Source: the human T2T-CHM13v2.0 reference genome, Homo sapiens. From it: a DNA stretch of 64,000 nucleotides. Made by a program: the position numbers and the translations under genes. Each line of letters starts with the position of its first letter. Position 1 is the first letter of the stretch. The notes beneath the pieces are model-generated. The model was not told the DNA's origin and did no database searches. It saw nothing but the letters and a program-made list of their open reading frames with translations. Positions 31,365 to 45,549 of the stretch are shown in pieces. The stretch is from NCBI RefSeq assembly GCF_009914755.1, contig NC_060941.1; one strand, given 5' to 3'.

Positions 31365-31572
31365 TGGCTTGCCACTACTGACATTTTGAGAGTGGCAATT
31401 CTTTGTTGTAAGAGGCTGACCTATGCATCCTGAGGAGTTAAGCGGCATCCCTAAACTCCTTCTACACTCTGGATACCATAGCACCTCTCTCTCACTGTGA
31501 CAACCAAGTCTGTCTCTAGACATTGCTACATTTCCCCTGGAGGCAAAATTGACCCTGGTTGACTAACTCTGC
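31365..31572 (+). mobile_element. MER20
   Basis: cactactgacatttt..agcggcatccct..gtgacaaccaa..gtctctagacattgc..ggcaaaattg. Confidence 0.8.
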
Positions 31573-31649
31573 TCTAGGATTTCAGCTATGTTCTGGACAG
31601 ATAGATGGTTGATAGGAGACCTCTATATTCTATGGACTAGAAGATTCAG

Positions 31650-32900
31650 TTACCCAAAATATACAACAACATACGCAGCTGTTCATAAGACCAACTTCTT
31701 GTATACGAAATGATTGCCTAAGCTGATAAGTGCATCTGTGCTGGCTAATTGTGTACATGAAAATCAAGAACAGCTTTTCACTAATCAAAAAGAGATATCC
31801 TGGTCAAAGCTTATTTGAAGACTGCCATGTTTTAAAACTCGACACGACTTAAAACAGAATCCTCTAAGTTCCTTTGCGAAAATACTTTCAGGATGTGTTA
31901 GGTATAACAATAGTTTGCTACATGAAAATGGCTTTGAAAATCTTAAAAGTGTTTTAAAAGAAAAGGGACTTTTTTTTGCAAGGCATTAAATCAGATGTGA
32001 ATATGACAGATTTCAAAGACTGTCAAAATAACGAATTTACATCATAAATGCGTCGGCTTTCTTTTTAAAGGCTCTTCCACCACTCAGGAAGGCATTTAAT
32101 GGTGAGCAGGTTCAAAATGTCGCCAGCTCCCACTGGTACAAAAGGGAGGCGATCCCCACTAGAGTCTCCGGGCTTCAGATAATGTCTCTGCCTCTTTTCA
32201 AGTTAATAAACTGCACTCCTGTCAAATTGCAGATAAATGAAAGAGACAGCACCATTGTTTTCTCCCACATCTTGCTAAGAAAGATATCTCCCAATATTTC
32301 GGGAGGACCAGTATGCCAAAAAATAAACTTGAAATAAATCCACCCTGCCGTGACTTTACCGGATCAAAGACGATGGAATTTCCACAGAAGCACTTTTCTG
32401 AAGTTTGCTGTGTTTTAGTTCAGATAGCGGCTCATTATGAAGCTTCTAATGCATTTGATTGTTTCAAAGTTAGCCATCTAAATTTTTAATCATGTGTGGA
32501 TGCAAGATAATCACGGGGTTGGGCCCAAACACTGCAAATCCTTGATATTCTAAAGAGTCATGTCAATATAATATTTTCCTGAATAATCAGCAGGTAGGCT
32601 TGGGGAGGGGGCTGCTTCAAACAGCTCCACTCTTTGATGGAGGGGTGGACAGGTTTCTGAAGTTGCCTTTTGAAAGAAAAATAAGTCTGAGCGTTTGAAA
32701 TCTGGATTCCTTTCTTTTTGAGGGAGTGAGGCTGCTGGTCTCTTTTCTCCTCTCTCTCCCTTTCTTTTGGCTGAGATGGGACTGCTATTAATAAGATGGG
32801 GAGCAGAGATGTTTAACTGGGATTCCACTCTCTTCAACTGGGGAGTCTAGGACAAGAAACTCACTCATTTACTCACACTCTCAGGTTAAGTTTCTTCCAC
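31650..32900. promoter_or_regulatory. Repeat-free block, candidate distal enhancer
   Basis: No recognisable repeat over ~1.2 kb; five CTTTGWW (TCF/LEF-type) matches plus GATA, TGACAG and TAAT motifs. Confidence 0.4.
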
Positions 32901-33224
32901 CACAAACCACAAAATGGTTTTTGTTTTTACCTCCTCTTTGGGGACAGTCTGGTTTTCTTTCTCAAGACCCTAGTATTTGGGAGCACAGAAGGGCACAGGA
33001 GCTTGCTACCCATAGCTGCGTAGCTCTCAGCCTAGTCTCAGGGCATCAGCTGCTTTGTGCATGTTGGAGTAGGAGCTGCACTTACTCTGGGCAGAAGATG
33101 AGGAAGGGGAAGGGGCTTGGAAGAGACCTTGCTGCAACCTCCTTGTAGAAAATATGGCATAGGTGACCTGGATCAGAAGAACCTTGGGGGGCCACCAAAT
33201 TCATCCCATGGCCTTGAGACAGCT

Positions 33225-33435
33225 CTTAATCCACTCCATATTTATCGAGCATTTACTCTGTGCTGACCCCTGTTCCAAGCACTTTACACAGATTAACATA
33301 TTTAATCATTACATCAGCTCTGTGTGGCAGGTTCTTTGATTGGCTCCATTTTATAGGTGAAAAGGCTGAGACTCAGAGCTAGCGAGTTGCAGAATGAGGA
33401 TTTGAACCTAGGCACTCAGACTCCAGAGTCCATGT
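33225..33435 (-). mobile_element. MIR
   Basis: atttatcgagcatttactctgtgc..ccattttataggtgaaaaggctgagactcagag. Confidence 0.85.
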
Positions 33436-33999
33436 TCTGGATGTCTGGATGTTGTTCTCATTGATCAAGTCCAGGTAGCGGAGTTGGTTGCCAAGCCTAG
33501 AGTTTTTATAAATACAATTAACTTTGCTGTTTTCCAGGGCCATGAAACTGACCCTTCTCCCTGGCTCAACCAGCCCTTGACAATGAACATGACCAGAGAT
33601 AGGAAGTGAGATGAGATAAAGCACTCAGAGCAACCAACTCTTCCACTGGGAAGATGGCCCTAGACAGGAGGTCCGTGGCCTTGCCTTTAAAGATGAAGTG
33701 ACATTGAGCATCAATGGCTTAGTTCCATCATCAGACTACTTGGTATTTGGGATAATGAGATTCTGCCTGTTCATAAATTCCTTTATGCCAAACCACTCGT
33801 TCGTGCTTGGATACCTTATACTTTATCTCCTGCAAAAACTGTCCTATTTAAATGCTTTGTTGTCTAAGTGAATGCCAGGATAGTATTTCCCATCGAGTGT
33901 TGCTTTTTATTTTTTCTTAGAAGTTATTATATATATCACAAAGACTCCCATTGTTTTGATGTAACATCCAGGAAGAAATGGCCCCTATGTTTTATAACA

Positions 34000-34625
<626 letters not shown>

Positions 34626-35024
34626 TAATAGGGCAGTATTATACCATGACCCACTTTTGTTTGGAGATTATGAATTCATCTTAGATCTTATTTTAAAAAC
34701 TTTTCCAGAAACACAAGAACTTCTCTAAACTTACAGTTCACCTGTCTGTGCTCCTTTGCACAGGACTCTGAACCTTAGAAGGAAGCCATGGCAGGTGTAC
34801 AGGAGAATGCTCCAGAAAGTCTCCCAAGAGGCCTCAGATAAGGACAGCAGGATAAGTTTTTGGAGAAAGAATCCTCCATGGTTACTCAGGACCCACTGCC
34901 AAGAGATGGGCCAGGTCACTGTGTGGGTAGCAGAGCAGGAGCAAGCTCTTATCAGTCCAGCCAGTGGGATCTCCAAGGTAAGACAAACATATGAGCAGAC
35001 AAGTGCTCATGAATGCTATTCTAC

Positions 35025-36030
35025 CTTTCTGATTAAAAAATGATAAAACTCAAAGCGGGCACAGATGTGGGGAAATAGTCACTCTCATACTCTCAGGGTG
35101 GGAGAGTAAACTGGTGCTACCTATCTGGAGGGCAATTAAACCAACATAAACAGCCCTAAAAATGTGCACACTTTTCAATACACCTAGCAATTTATTCTAA
35201 AAGAAGCCTACATACACACAACGATTTAGCTGGATGTTCCTTGCAGTACTTTTTATAAGAGTGATAAATTTGAAGCCATCTAAATGTCCAAAAAATAGAA
35301 TATTGCATATATAATTTGAAGTAGGTCTACAACAAAGAATATTCAATATTAAACATGTTGCAGCCATTCCATATGACATATGAAAGAGTAATTAATGACA
35401 TAGTACACAATGCATACCATACAATTAAGATAAAAAGCAACTTACAAAGTAATATATAGTAAGATTTCATATATAGGAAAGAAACACATTCACAGAGAAA
35501 GAAGGGTGTAGAGATAGTATTAGTCTGCTCAGGCTGCTATGACCAAGTGCCATAGACTGGATGGCTTAAACAACAGAAATCAATTTTCCCATGGCTTCAG
35601 AAGTTGCGAAGTCCGAGATCAAAGTGAAGTTGGTTTCCTGTTGAGGGCTTTCGTCCTGGTTTATAGCCACCTTTTCTCTCTGGGGTGACATGGTCTTTCC
35701 TCAGTGCATGTGTATATTTAATCGAGAGATCTCTTTCTCCTCCTCTTCTTGTAAGGCCCCCAATCCTATAAGATTAGGACCCCATTCTTATGACCTCATT
35801 TAACCTTAATTACCTCTAAAAGCTCTGTCTTCAAATACAGTCACATTAGGGTTAAGGCTTCAACATATGAAGTATGGAAGGACACAGTTCAATCCATAGC
35901 AGAGAAGAAAATGTTGAGTAATTGTATGCAAATGATGCTGATGATAGGTTTTTAGTTCCTTTATTTCCACCCAATTTTTTTTTTACAATAAACATAATTT
36001 ACTTGGTGTAATAAGTAAAAAAAAAAGTGT
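35025..36030 (+). mobile_element. Old L1M 3' region split by an MLT1A-like LTR
   Basis: gatgtggggaaatagtcactctcatac..gtgggagagtaaactggt..tggagggcaatt. Confidence 0.65.
35516..35901 (-). mobile_element. MaLR solo LTR (MLT1A-like)
   Basis: gtattagtctgctcaggctgc..ggcttaaacaacagaaat..tgacctcatttaaccttaattacctc..ttcaatccatagca. Confidence 0.88.
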
Positions 36031-36069
36031 TTATAAGCTTCAGACTTTTGGTCCAAGTGATTTTAATCC

Positions 36070-36099
36070 ATGTATTATGAATTTTAATTCATAATACAT
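36070..36099. repeat. Perfect 14-bp AT-rich inverted repeat, 2-nt spacer
   Basis: atgtattatgaatt-tt-aattcataatacat. Confidence 0.92.
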
Positions 36100-36157
36100 A
36101 TGAATCCTGCAGGCCTCACTTTTAGCAAATCCTTTGGCCCCATCCCTCCACATCTAG

Positions 36158-36479
<322 letters not shown>

Positions 36480-37094
36480 TAACATGGAGCACTGCCTTTC
36501 TCTGCTCTGAAGTAGCCTGAGAAGTGCCCAGATCAGAGCATCTCCTGAGGCTGGTTCCCAAGCAGGCCCTGTGTGTGGCTGACATTGTTGGGCCAAGTAG
36601 AACGTGGCAAGGGCCGCACAGTGGCTGGGACTTTTGTAGATAGCACCCTTTTTGTAGCCATGCTACTTAGAAGCGGAACCAAAGCGCATTAGGCAAGGTG
36701 GTAACTTGAGAGACAAATATTTGGGGCTTTGTTCAGGAGGGTGCCAACAAATCCACAGCCTGAATGTCTGGGAGGAGAAATTCAGCAGACTGGAACAGAC
36801 TCAGCTTTGGGGCCAAACCATGAGGTTCAATTACCACGTGGGAGGCCATAGACAGGGAGTCTCCACTTACAAATTCCACCATTCTCAAGCAGAGAAGCCA
36901 AAAGGATCACTATCCTACCAACCTAGAAAACATATCAAGGACAAGATCCAGGCTTTGACATTCGTTCAAGTGTTTCTTCCCCAAAGTTCAGTCTCTTTCT
37001 GAGGTCAGGCCTGCAGACTTGGACTAATTTGCACAGATGAGCAGGAAGCATAAAAGTGAACTCAGATATGCACTGTTGCAGCTATCACTGCAAT

Positions 37095-37315
37095 GCAAAG
37101 TATGGACTCAGCCAGGAGACCTGCACCCTAGTCCTCCTCTACTGCTGACTGCAGGTGTAACTCTGGGCAACCCATTTGCCTCTCTGGTCTCCATTGACTC
37201 AGCTTTCAAACTGGAATAAAAATATGTGCCTGCCTACCTTACAGGATTATATTGAACATAGAGTCCCTCTTGTTTACCGTTATATCCCTTATGGCTTGTG
37301 CAGTGCCTGGCAACA
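37095..37315 (+). mobile_element. MIR
   Basis: gtgtaactctgggcaacc..gcctacctt.caggattat. Confidence 0.55.
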
Positions 37316-37661
37316 GGACAAAGCTGTAGGGAAAGATTCCGTGGTGATTTGGAAGTTGAAACTGCTTAGCCCAAGGGCTGGGGTCAAGTCACTGTGCAGG
37401 TAGCAGAGCAAGAGTGAGCTCTCATCAGCCCAGCCAGGAGGATACCTAAGGGGGAGACAAACCTGTGAGCAGAGAAGCACCCACATATGTTTCTAGGGAC
37501 AAAGAGGAAGTGCAGAAGACCACTCATGTCTTCTTGAGCACACAATGGGTGCTTAACAAATATATCTTGAGGCACTGGATAAGAAAAGAAAAACATGAGT
37601 TAATACCTATGAAAGTGGTCTTCAAAGTATAAGGAACCTTAGACTTTGTGGCAGAGGCTGA

Positions 37662-37995
<334 letters not shown>

Positions 37996-38639
37996 TTCCT
38001 AGACTCTTTTGCTGGTGTGGCAGTGTGGTAGCACGAAACCTGGCCATGAAAATACCTGGGAAGCAAGGCATTGGACACAGCTCAGCCATGAGATGAAAGG
38101 AGACTGCATCTCTGAATGTCCATTTGAGGAAAGCCTGCCACCAAGTCACCAATTAGGCCGACTTCTTTTGATTTTATGTAAATAAGTAACAAACATCTAT
38201 TTTGCATGATCCCTTATACATCTTGGAGGTTAATGAGCATCTAGTGCTATCTTAACTAACATACAGTCTCTGATATAATTCACATCATTGCACTGTGAGG
38301 TTTCTAGAGGCTATGGGATGTTGGCAAGGGGGTGGTTCTGGAATGTTGGACCCAATTCTGTGGCAGTGACTAGCATGGAAATAAGCCTCAAGAGAGTTAG
38401 AAGCTTGTAAAAATGTAGCTGTGACTATGCAGTTTCAAATGGTCCCAATGAAGATGCACAAGGGGATATGCCTGAAGAAACTAAGTGTAAAGGGAATGCC
38501 CAGAAAGCTTACATTCTAAAGGACACATATAACAAAAGGTGAAAAGGTAACATAACCAAGAACAAAGATTCTAATTGTGGACAAGTAGTTTAGAATTAGA
38601 AGAATAACATCAGGCAGGTGAGACTTCTGAAAAATACTT

Positions 38640-39096
38640 AGGATGACTCTATTAATTAGGGAAACACTAGCCACTGAAATCAACAAAGCACAGTTTGATG
38701 GGTATATCATAATTAAAGTTTCTTTCTCATTCACGTAACAGTTCAATGAGGGTGTCCTTATCAGCAGGAGGCCTTCCATGTGGTGATGCACGGATCCATG
38801 CTCTTTCCACCTTGTGTTTCCACTTTCCTCCAGGGCCTCAGAGCCCTTTGCTGTCATCCCACAGGAGCAGGAGTAGAGGAAGAGGAAAATATCACTTACA
38901 TCCTAAGCTGTTTAGCCCAGAAGTGACACTTATCACTTCTAGCATTTCACTGGAGAGAACTAGTCACATGGCCTCTCTAGGTGCAAAGAAGGCTGGGAAA
39001 TGTAGTCCTTGGCAAGCAGTCCTTCGCAGGTAAAACCCTACACCATGAAAGGGAAAGGATACATTGCTGGTGGATATCCAGCTGTCTCTGTTACAG
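38640..39096 (-). mobile_element. Old MaLR LTR (MLT1K/J-like)
   Basis: gagaactagtcacatggcc..gcaaagaaggctgggaaatgtagtc; ends tctctgttaca. Confidence 0.75.
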
Positions 39097-39625
39097 CAAT
39101 ATGAAAGACTTTTCTTTTTTAAAGTGATAGTTAAAGCAAGAAGATGACCAAGAAAGGGGTAGACCTACCTTTTGCATCTAATGTTAGAGAATTTATAATG
39201 GAAAAAAGAATAGGAAGTTCTTCATCTCCTCTTGCTTTGATTCTCTGTCTGGAAAGAGAATAATCAGACTGACTAGAGTAGAGTTGACACTGGTAAGAAG
39301 GAATTAAAGCCAACCTGAAATACTTACTGACTCCAGTTGGATCTACTCTCTTGACTGGATGGTTCTACCCTAGAGATCTCAAGAAAACTTGATAAAATAG
39401 TGCCAAATCAAACATCACAAATAACAATAAACACATCTGACAACCAAAGATGGGTAAAATGCACTCCTAATTGTTATAAAAGAGAAGACGGTGTTTTCAT
39501 GCATGCTTGCTGGTGTATTAATGACCAATCCCAGGTTAAGCCCTAGAAAGTCCTAAAAACAATATTTTAAAGGGTAGTTTGTATGATCTTAGAAAGGTAA
39601 ATAGTGATAGTTAAGAGTCAGCATA

Positions 39626-39917
39626 GGACGGGTGTGGAGGCTCATGCCTGTAATCCCAGCACTTTGGGAGGCCAAGGCGGGTGGATCGAGAGGTCAGGAG
39701 TTCAAGATCAGCCTGGCCAAGATGGCGAAAACCCGTCTCTACTAAAAATACGAAAATTAGCCGGGCGTGGTTGTGGGCGTGACTGTAATCCCAGCTACTC
39801 GGGAGGCTGAGGCAGAGAATTGCTTGAACTTGGGAGGCAGAGGTTGCAGTGAGCCAAGATCGTACCACTGCACTCCAGCCTGGGCAACTGAGTGAGACTC
39901 CATCTCAAAAAAAAAAA
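39626..39917 (+). mobile_element. AluS
   Basis: Full-length; TSD gagtcagcat. Confidence 0.95.
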
Positions 39918-40157
39918 GGAGTCAGCATCGTTCTCCAAATCAAGACAGGCCAGGCTAGTTGCAGTTTTATCTTCTATGGTCATAATAATCTGTAAGTCAA
40001 GGAGATGCAGTGAACCCTGATAACTGAGTTTTATGCATCACTTAACAAAGTCTCTTATAAAATCCAGGGGAGACTATATGGCCTGGCAGATGTTACAATT
40101 AGGTGGATTCATAACTGGTTGAGAAATCATACCCAAAAGGTGCTGATAAATCGGGAG

Positions 40158-40530
40158 TAGAGGCTACTAACTCAATACCTTTAGGAGTGAGACAGGTATC
40201 ATCAATGAGTGCGAGTGGTCAGGTGCTTGGAACAGGGAATAGTGTGGGGACAGAGGCAACATAGAGAGCCCATGTCTTGCCTAGTGGCTGCGGTCACTAC
40301 ACACATCCGGGTGGAATGCGCAGTCTACAACCTATACAATCACACATAGCTGCTCTTGTTGTTGAACTGTGGAGTCAGTGTTGAACATCTTTGATCTTCC
40401 AGGGAAAGCTAGAAGTCCAGATGTTGGCCACTAATTCAAAGTTCAAAAAAAAGAAAACATTATGCAGGCCAAACAAAACACATCTGCAGGCCACATTTGG
40501 CAATCAGACCATCAGTGTGTGGCTTCTGAC
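40158..40530 (-). mobile_element. MER102-like hAT element
   Basis: ggccaaacaaaacacatctgcaggccacatttggc..cagtgtgtggcttctg end motif. Confidence 0.6.
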
Positions 40531-41540
40531 CCCAAGAAAGATTTCTAGTAGCACAGGGCTGTTGTCATTGGTCAGGTTCTATTCAACATTTTTATCAATG
40601 GCTTGGATTAAGTTCTAGAAAGCATGCGAATCAAATTGGCTGTTGACCCAAAGCCAGAAGGACAGCTGGATGACCGGCTCGGGATTTTGAATAACCTTGA
40701 CAGACTAGGGAATGGGCTGAGCTGCACGAGAAGGAACTCTTGGATAGTCAAATGTTAGATCATGTACTTATGTCAAAAAAAATTTAGCAGTACAAGTACA
40801 GAATGACTTAACAAGGGCACATGTTAAGAAAAAACAAATGCTGTCAAGTTTTAGTTGCCTGCAAATCAATATGAGGCAACAGTGTGATGTGGTTGCCAAA
40901 AAGCAAAGGCGATCTTAGGCTGCAGCAAGAGGAGTGAATCTTGCACTGCTCAGGCCAACTGTATCTGGAGCTCTGCCTTCAGTTCTGGGAAACATTTGAG
41001 GAGGAACATGGAGAAACTGGAACACATTTGGAGCATTTCAACCAGGAGGGTGAAGAGATTAAAAAGTATTCAAATGAAGGACAGCTAAAGATGCCAAGTC
41101 TCCTTCCCTTGGAGAAGGGAAGCCTCAGAGATACATAAATGCTGGGTTTCAACATTTTGGAGAATTGTCTTATGGATGAGGACCCAAGTGCCAAGGCAGA
41201 AATGGTACAGAGAACCAGAGCTCAGTTCAGTGTTCCCATACCCTTCAAACATGTGTCTGGTTAGGGGAAGGGCTGCCCCGGATGAAGTTAGCTCCCTAAC
41301 CCCACCCCTAAAGTTAGAAATGTGAAAGCAGTCGATGGGTAACCTTTGGCCAGGGATAGGGTGGAGGGAATGGGTGGCCATCACAGCAATGATGGACACA
41401 CCTGAGATGGAATGCAGAAAGAGTCCAGGTGGGGTGGAGGGCTTTCCTAGTAATTGCTGAAAATAAACAGCCACACAATAGACCTGTGACAGACAGGGCT
41501 GGTAGGGAATAGCACATCAAAGAAACTTATGGGGGAGGGA

Positions 41541-41862
41541 GGCCGGGCATGGTGGCTCATGCCTGTAATCCCAGCACTTTGGGAGGCCGAGACAGGTGGA
41601 TGGTTTGGGTCCAGGAGTTTGAGACCAGACTGGGCAACATGGTGAAACCCTATCTTTACAAAAATACAAAAATTAGCCAGGTGTGATGATGTGTTCATAT
41701 AGTCCCAGCTACTTGGGAGGCTGAGGTGGTAGGACTGTTTGGACCTGGGAGAAAGAGGTTGATCATGCCACTGCAGCCTGGATGACAGAGTGAAACCCTG
41801 TCTCAAAAATAAAATAAAATAAAATAAAATAAAATAAAATAAAATAAAATAAAATAAAATAA
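41541..41862 (+). mobile_element. AluJ with (AAAAT)n tail
   Basis: ccaggagtttgagaccagactgggcaacat; 21-bp TSD aagaaacttatggg(g/a)gaggga. Confidence 0.93.
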
Positions 41863-42174
41863 GAGACAAGAAACTTATGGGAGAGGGAAGGGCAATGACA
41901 GTGTGGATTTAGAAGAAATCTAAGTATGAGCATCATTGCAAACCATAGTCTCAAAAGAATAAATCATGCAAATTAGAATCAGCTGAAGACGACACATCAG
42001 TCCTGCGGGAGGATAAGGGGACTGAATGTTCCACTGAATTTTCAGTAAGGTTGTGGAATTTCTGGGTCCCCTTATAATTGTCTTCCAATTAGCTTAATTG
42101 TATATCACCAATTGAGCTACAGTTCTAGAACAATGTCTCCTTGAGTCCTTAAACCAGAAACCTCATGGATGAAC

Positions 42175-42310
42175 GGTTCAACCTCTTTGTAGCATAAATT
42201 AGGAATTTGATTCTCAGGAAGGAAAAGTGTCTTGTCTAGGGTCAGATAGCTGGTAAGTGACAGAAACAGAACCTGAACCAGGTCTCCTGACCCAAGCTTT
42301 TTTCATAATC
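42175..42310 (-). mobile_element. MIR
   Basis: cttgtctagggtcagatagctggtaagtgacaga..gaaccaggtctcctgac. Confidence 0.65.
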
Positions 42311-43188
42311 CTCATGACTCAGTTTGGACATTCCATAGAAAACTTGACCTTGCAATCACATTCATGCTCAAAATTATCCCCGTTGTGGTGGCATTAAAAA
42401 TGGTCTTGGTGGTCATGATAATGGTTTTCAGACACAGAACCCTCAAGAGCCTCAGAGATGGGTCTTCAAATACATTCATTCTGGTTTCCATGTATTTTCC
42501 CTCCAGGTGGATTGGTTTTGAGACTCACGTTTCATATATATTCTTTCCGTATTATAGACCTCTACTTTCTGTGGTTCCTTTGGCATTTTCTTGCCAAAAT
42601 GCAGGTCTAGTAGGGTCCCTGGGGAGAAACTGGAGCCTTCTCAGTTCATCTGTGGAAGCCAATTTCCAAATCCCCTTCATAGTTGTTTCTCTTCTCTGAA
42701 GTCCAACTGGCATGATGAGGGAGGTAGAGGCTGCCAAGTTCCACCCATCTGCCAGATTGGACCTGAACTCATTCCATGGGCACAGACTCTGCCTGAACTC
42801 ATTGCCATGCCAATCTCATCCCTTGATCTCCTGGGAAATATTGCTGAGACACTACTGTGTGGAGATGAAGACAGCAACTGCCCACAAGGATGGGGTCACT
42901 CCATGCTGGGGCACCATCACAGTTCAGTGAGCCCCCTTCACCTTCCACCCACCAGTGGCCAGAAAGGGTGATGGAGCAATGCTAACTGGAGAGTCCATGT
43001 GTCATCACACCAAGGTCCACCAGGTAGAAGCTTTCTCTTGGAGGTTTGGATGTTATTCTGTTGGGGCAAGGCTTCCTGGTAATAGAGCTGAGGTGGCATC
43101 CACAGGGTTTGGCTCCTTGCACATCAGCAGAGACCTTGGTTCTCTCTGTTGCCTTTCCCTTCTGTCTTACTGAAGTTCAGTGATTTCA

Positions 43189-43668
<480 letters not shown>

Positions 43669-44099
43669 CCTGCGCCCTTAAGCCTAACTCAAAACAAAGC
43701 ACGGGAGATCAATTGTCTTCCAATGATGGGAGGAAACGTACATGTTACTGTTGCCAAAGAAGGAAGAGAATCTTTGGAGTCCAGAGTCTTTTCCTATGCT
43801 CATGTAGGCCTAAGGCTGCTCTAGGAAGTGTTAAAAGCACCTGTCAGAACAGGAAGTGAGATGACCTCTAGGTTAGGCAGGGAATCTGAGCTAGGGCCTG
43901 ACCTCCTGGTCCTCTTTTACTTCATATCACTTCATACTGACTGTCCTGTGGTTGAACAAAATGGAACCAAATTTGTTGCAGACCATGAGTCTGGTCCTTG
44001 GTTTTGCTCAAGAGGGTTCTGCTCATGAGCCTTTGTTGGCAGTGCAGTGATGCTGGCTCACAGTGAGCAGAGAAGGCCTTTAGGCTGAGACCAACCCTT

Positions 44100-44192
44100 T
44101 TTGTCTGTACCTTTAAGGTGACCTCCAATTGGAGCATTTGTCTGTACCTTTAAGGTGATCTCCAACTGGACCTCCAACTGGAGCTCCAATTG
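44100..44192. repeat. Nested tandem duplications (37-bp x2 ending in 12-bp x3)
   Basis: tttgtctgtacctttaaggtga at 44100 and 44137; ctccaa(c/t)tg repeated. Confidence 0.9.
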
Positions 44193-44278
44193 TGCACATC
44201 AATGGCACAGTAATTTTCCTGAGTGCAAGAACATCTAATTCAATTTCTGTCCTTAGTACTTGGCCTTGCTCACCACTC

Positions 44279-44805
44279 TGTGATAGCCAGCCTCCAAGAT
44301 GGTCCCCAATCATTCTTGTTTTCTGAGGCTCACACCCAGTGCAAACCCCTCCCACACTGAGTAGGGCCAACCTGAATAAGGCTGGCCCATGAGTGAACAT
44401 GATATTGCAGAAATGATAGTGACTACTTAGCCAAGGTTGTAAAACATATTGCAGCTTCCTCATTGCTCTTTCTTAAATCACTTGCTGTAGGAGAAGCCAG
44501 TTGCCATGGTGTGAGGGTGCTCAAGGAACCCTATGGAGAGGTCACATGACAAGGAACCAAAGTCTCCTGCCAACATGTGAGTGAATGAGCCACTTGGAAG
44601 CAGATCCTCCAGGCTGAATCAAGCCTTCAGACAACTGTAACCCCAGCTGACCTCTTGACTACAGTCTCAGGGAGGACCCTGAGCTGGGACCACCCAGCTA
44701 AGCTGCTCTTGAATTCCTGAGCTGTAGAAATTATAAAAGATAATACAAGTTTATCGTTGTTGCTAAATTTTGGGGGTAATCTATCGCACAGTAACAGCTG
44801 ATACA
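44279..44805 (+). mobile_element. MaLR solo LTR (MLT1F-like)
   Basis: tgtgatagccagcctccaagatggtcccc..gaagccagttgccatg..cacccagctaagctgctc..gataca. Confidence 0.85.
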
Positions 44806-45191
44806 TTCTCCACAAATTCTTGGTGAATGAATGAATGAATAAAAAATGAATGAATAAATATGACAAGGTCTTACAAGACTTACTGGTCAGTGCTATTGAA
44901 AAGAGGCAAATGGCCCATGTCCTGCCACAAAATGCCTCAATACCTGTCAATGCAGCAGGAAGGAAGTGGAAAGCCTGACATGGCTCCCGTTCTACCAAAA
45001 TAAACTCATTTTCCACCAGTCCCCATCAGGCAAGGTCCTTTCCCCTGTGCCCCCAACAGACCATCCTAAATATCTGATACCTGTTCCTTCATACATCAAC
45101 ACTATTGCATGGGCTCTCTACCTTCTCTGGAGGCTCTTCCCTAATTCTTTCTCCTGGTAATTCCTACTTATATCTTTAAAAAATGAGAAGT

Positions 45192-45453
<262 letters not shown>

Positions 45454-45549
45454 AAAAAAATAAGAATTAAAAAAATGTCCAGAGTGAACTTATGAATCCC
45501 TATAAATCCTCCAGGGACTGTGGACCCCAGTTTAAGAAACTGAACAATA

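Larger units (their letters stand above)
38500..41360 (+). mobile_element. Fragmented CR1/L3 LINE relic (ORF2 to 3' end), interrupted by MLT1, Alu and MER102-like elements
   Basis: aggtggattcataactggttg..cccaaaaggtgctgataaa (RWI.NWL...QRV.IN); gttctattcaacatttttatcaatggcttggat (VLFNIFINDLD); atcaaattggctgttgacccaaag (IKFADDTK-like); caacagtgtgatgtggttgccaaaaagcaaa; ctggagctctgccttcagttctgg (LEYCVQFW-like); ttggagaagggaagcctcag. Confidence 0.8.
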
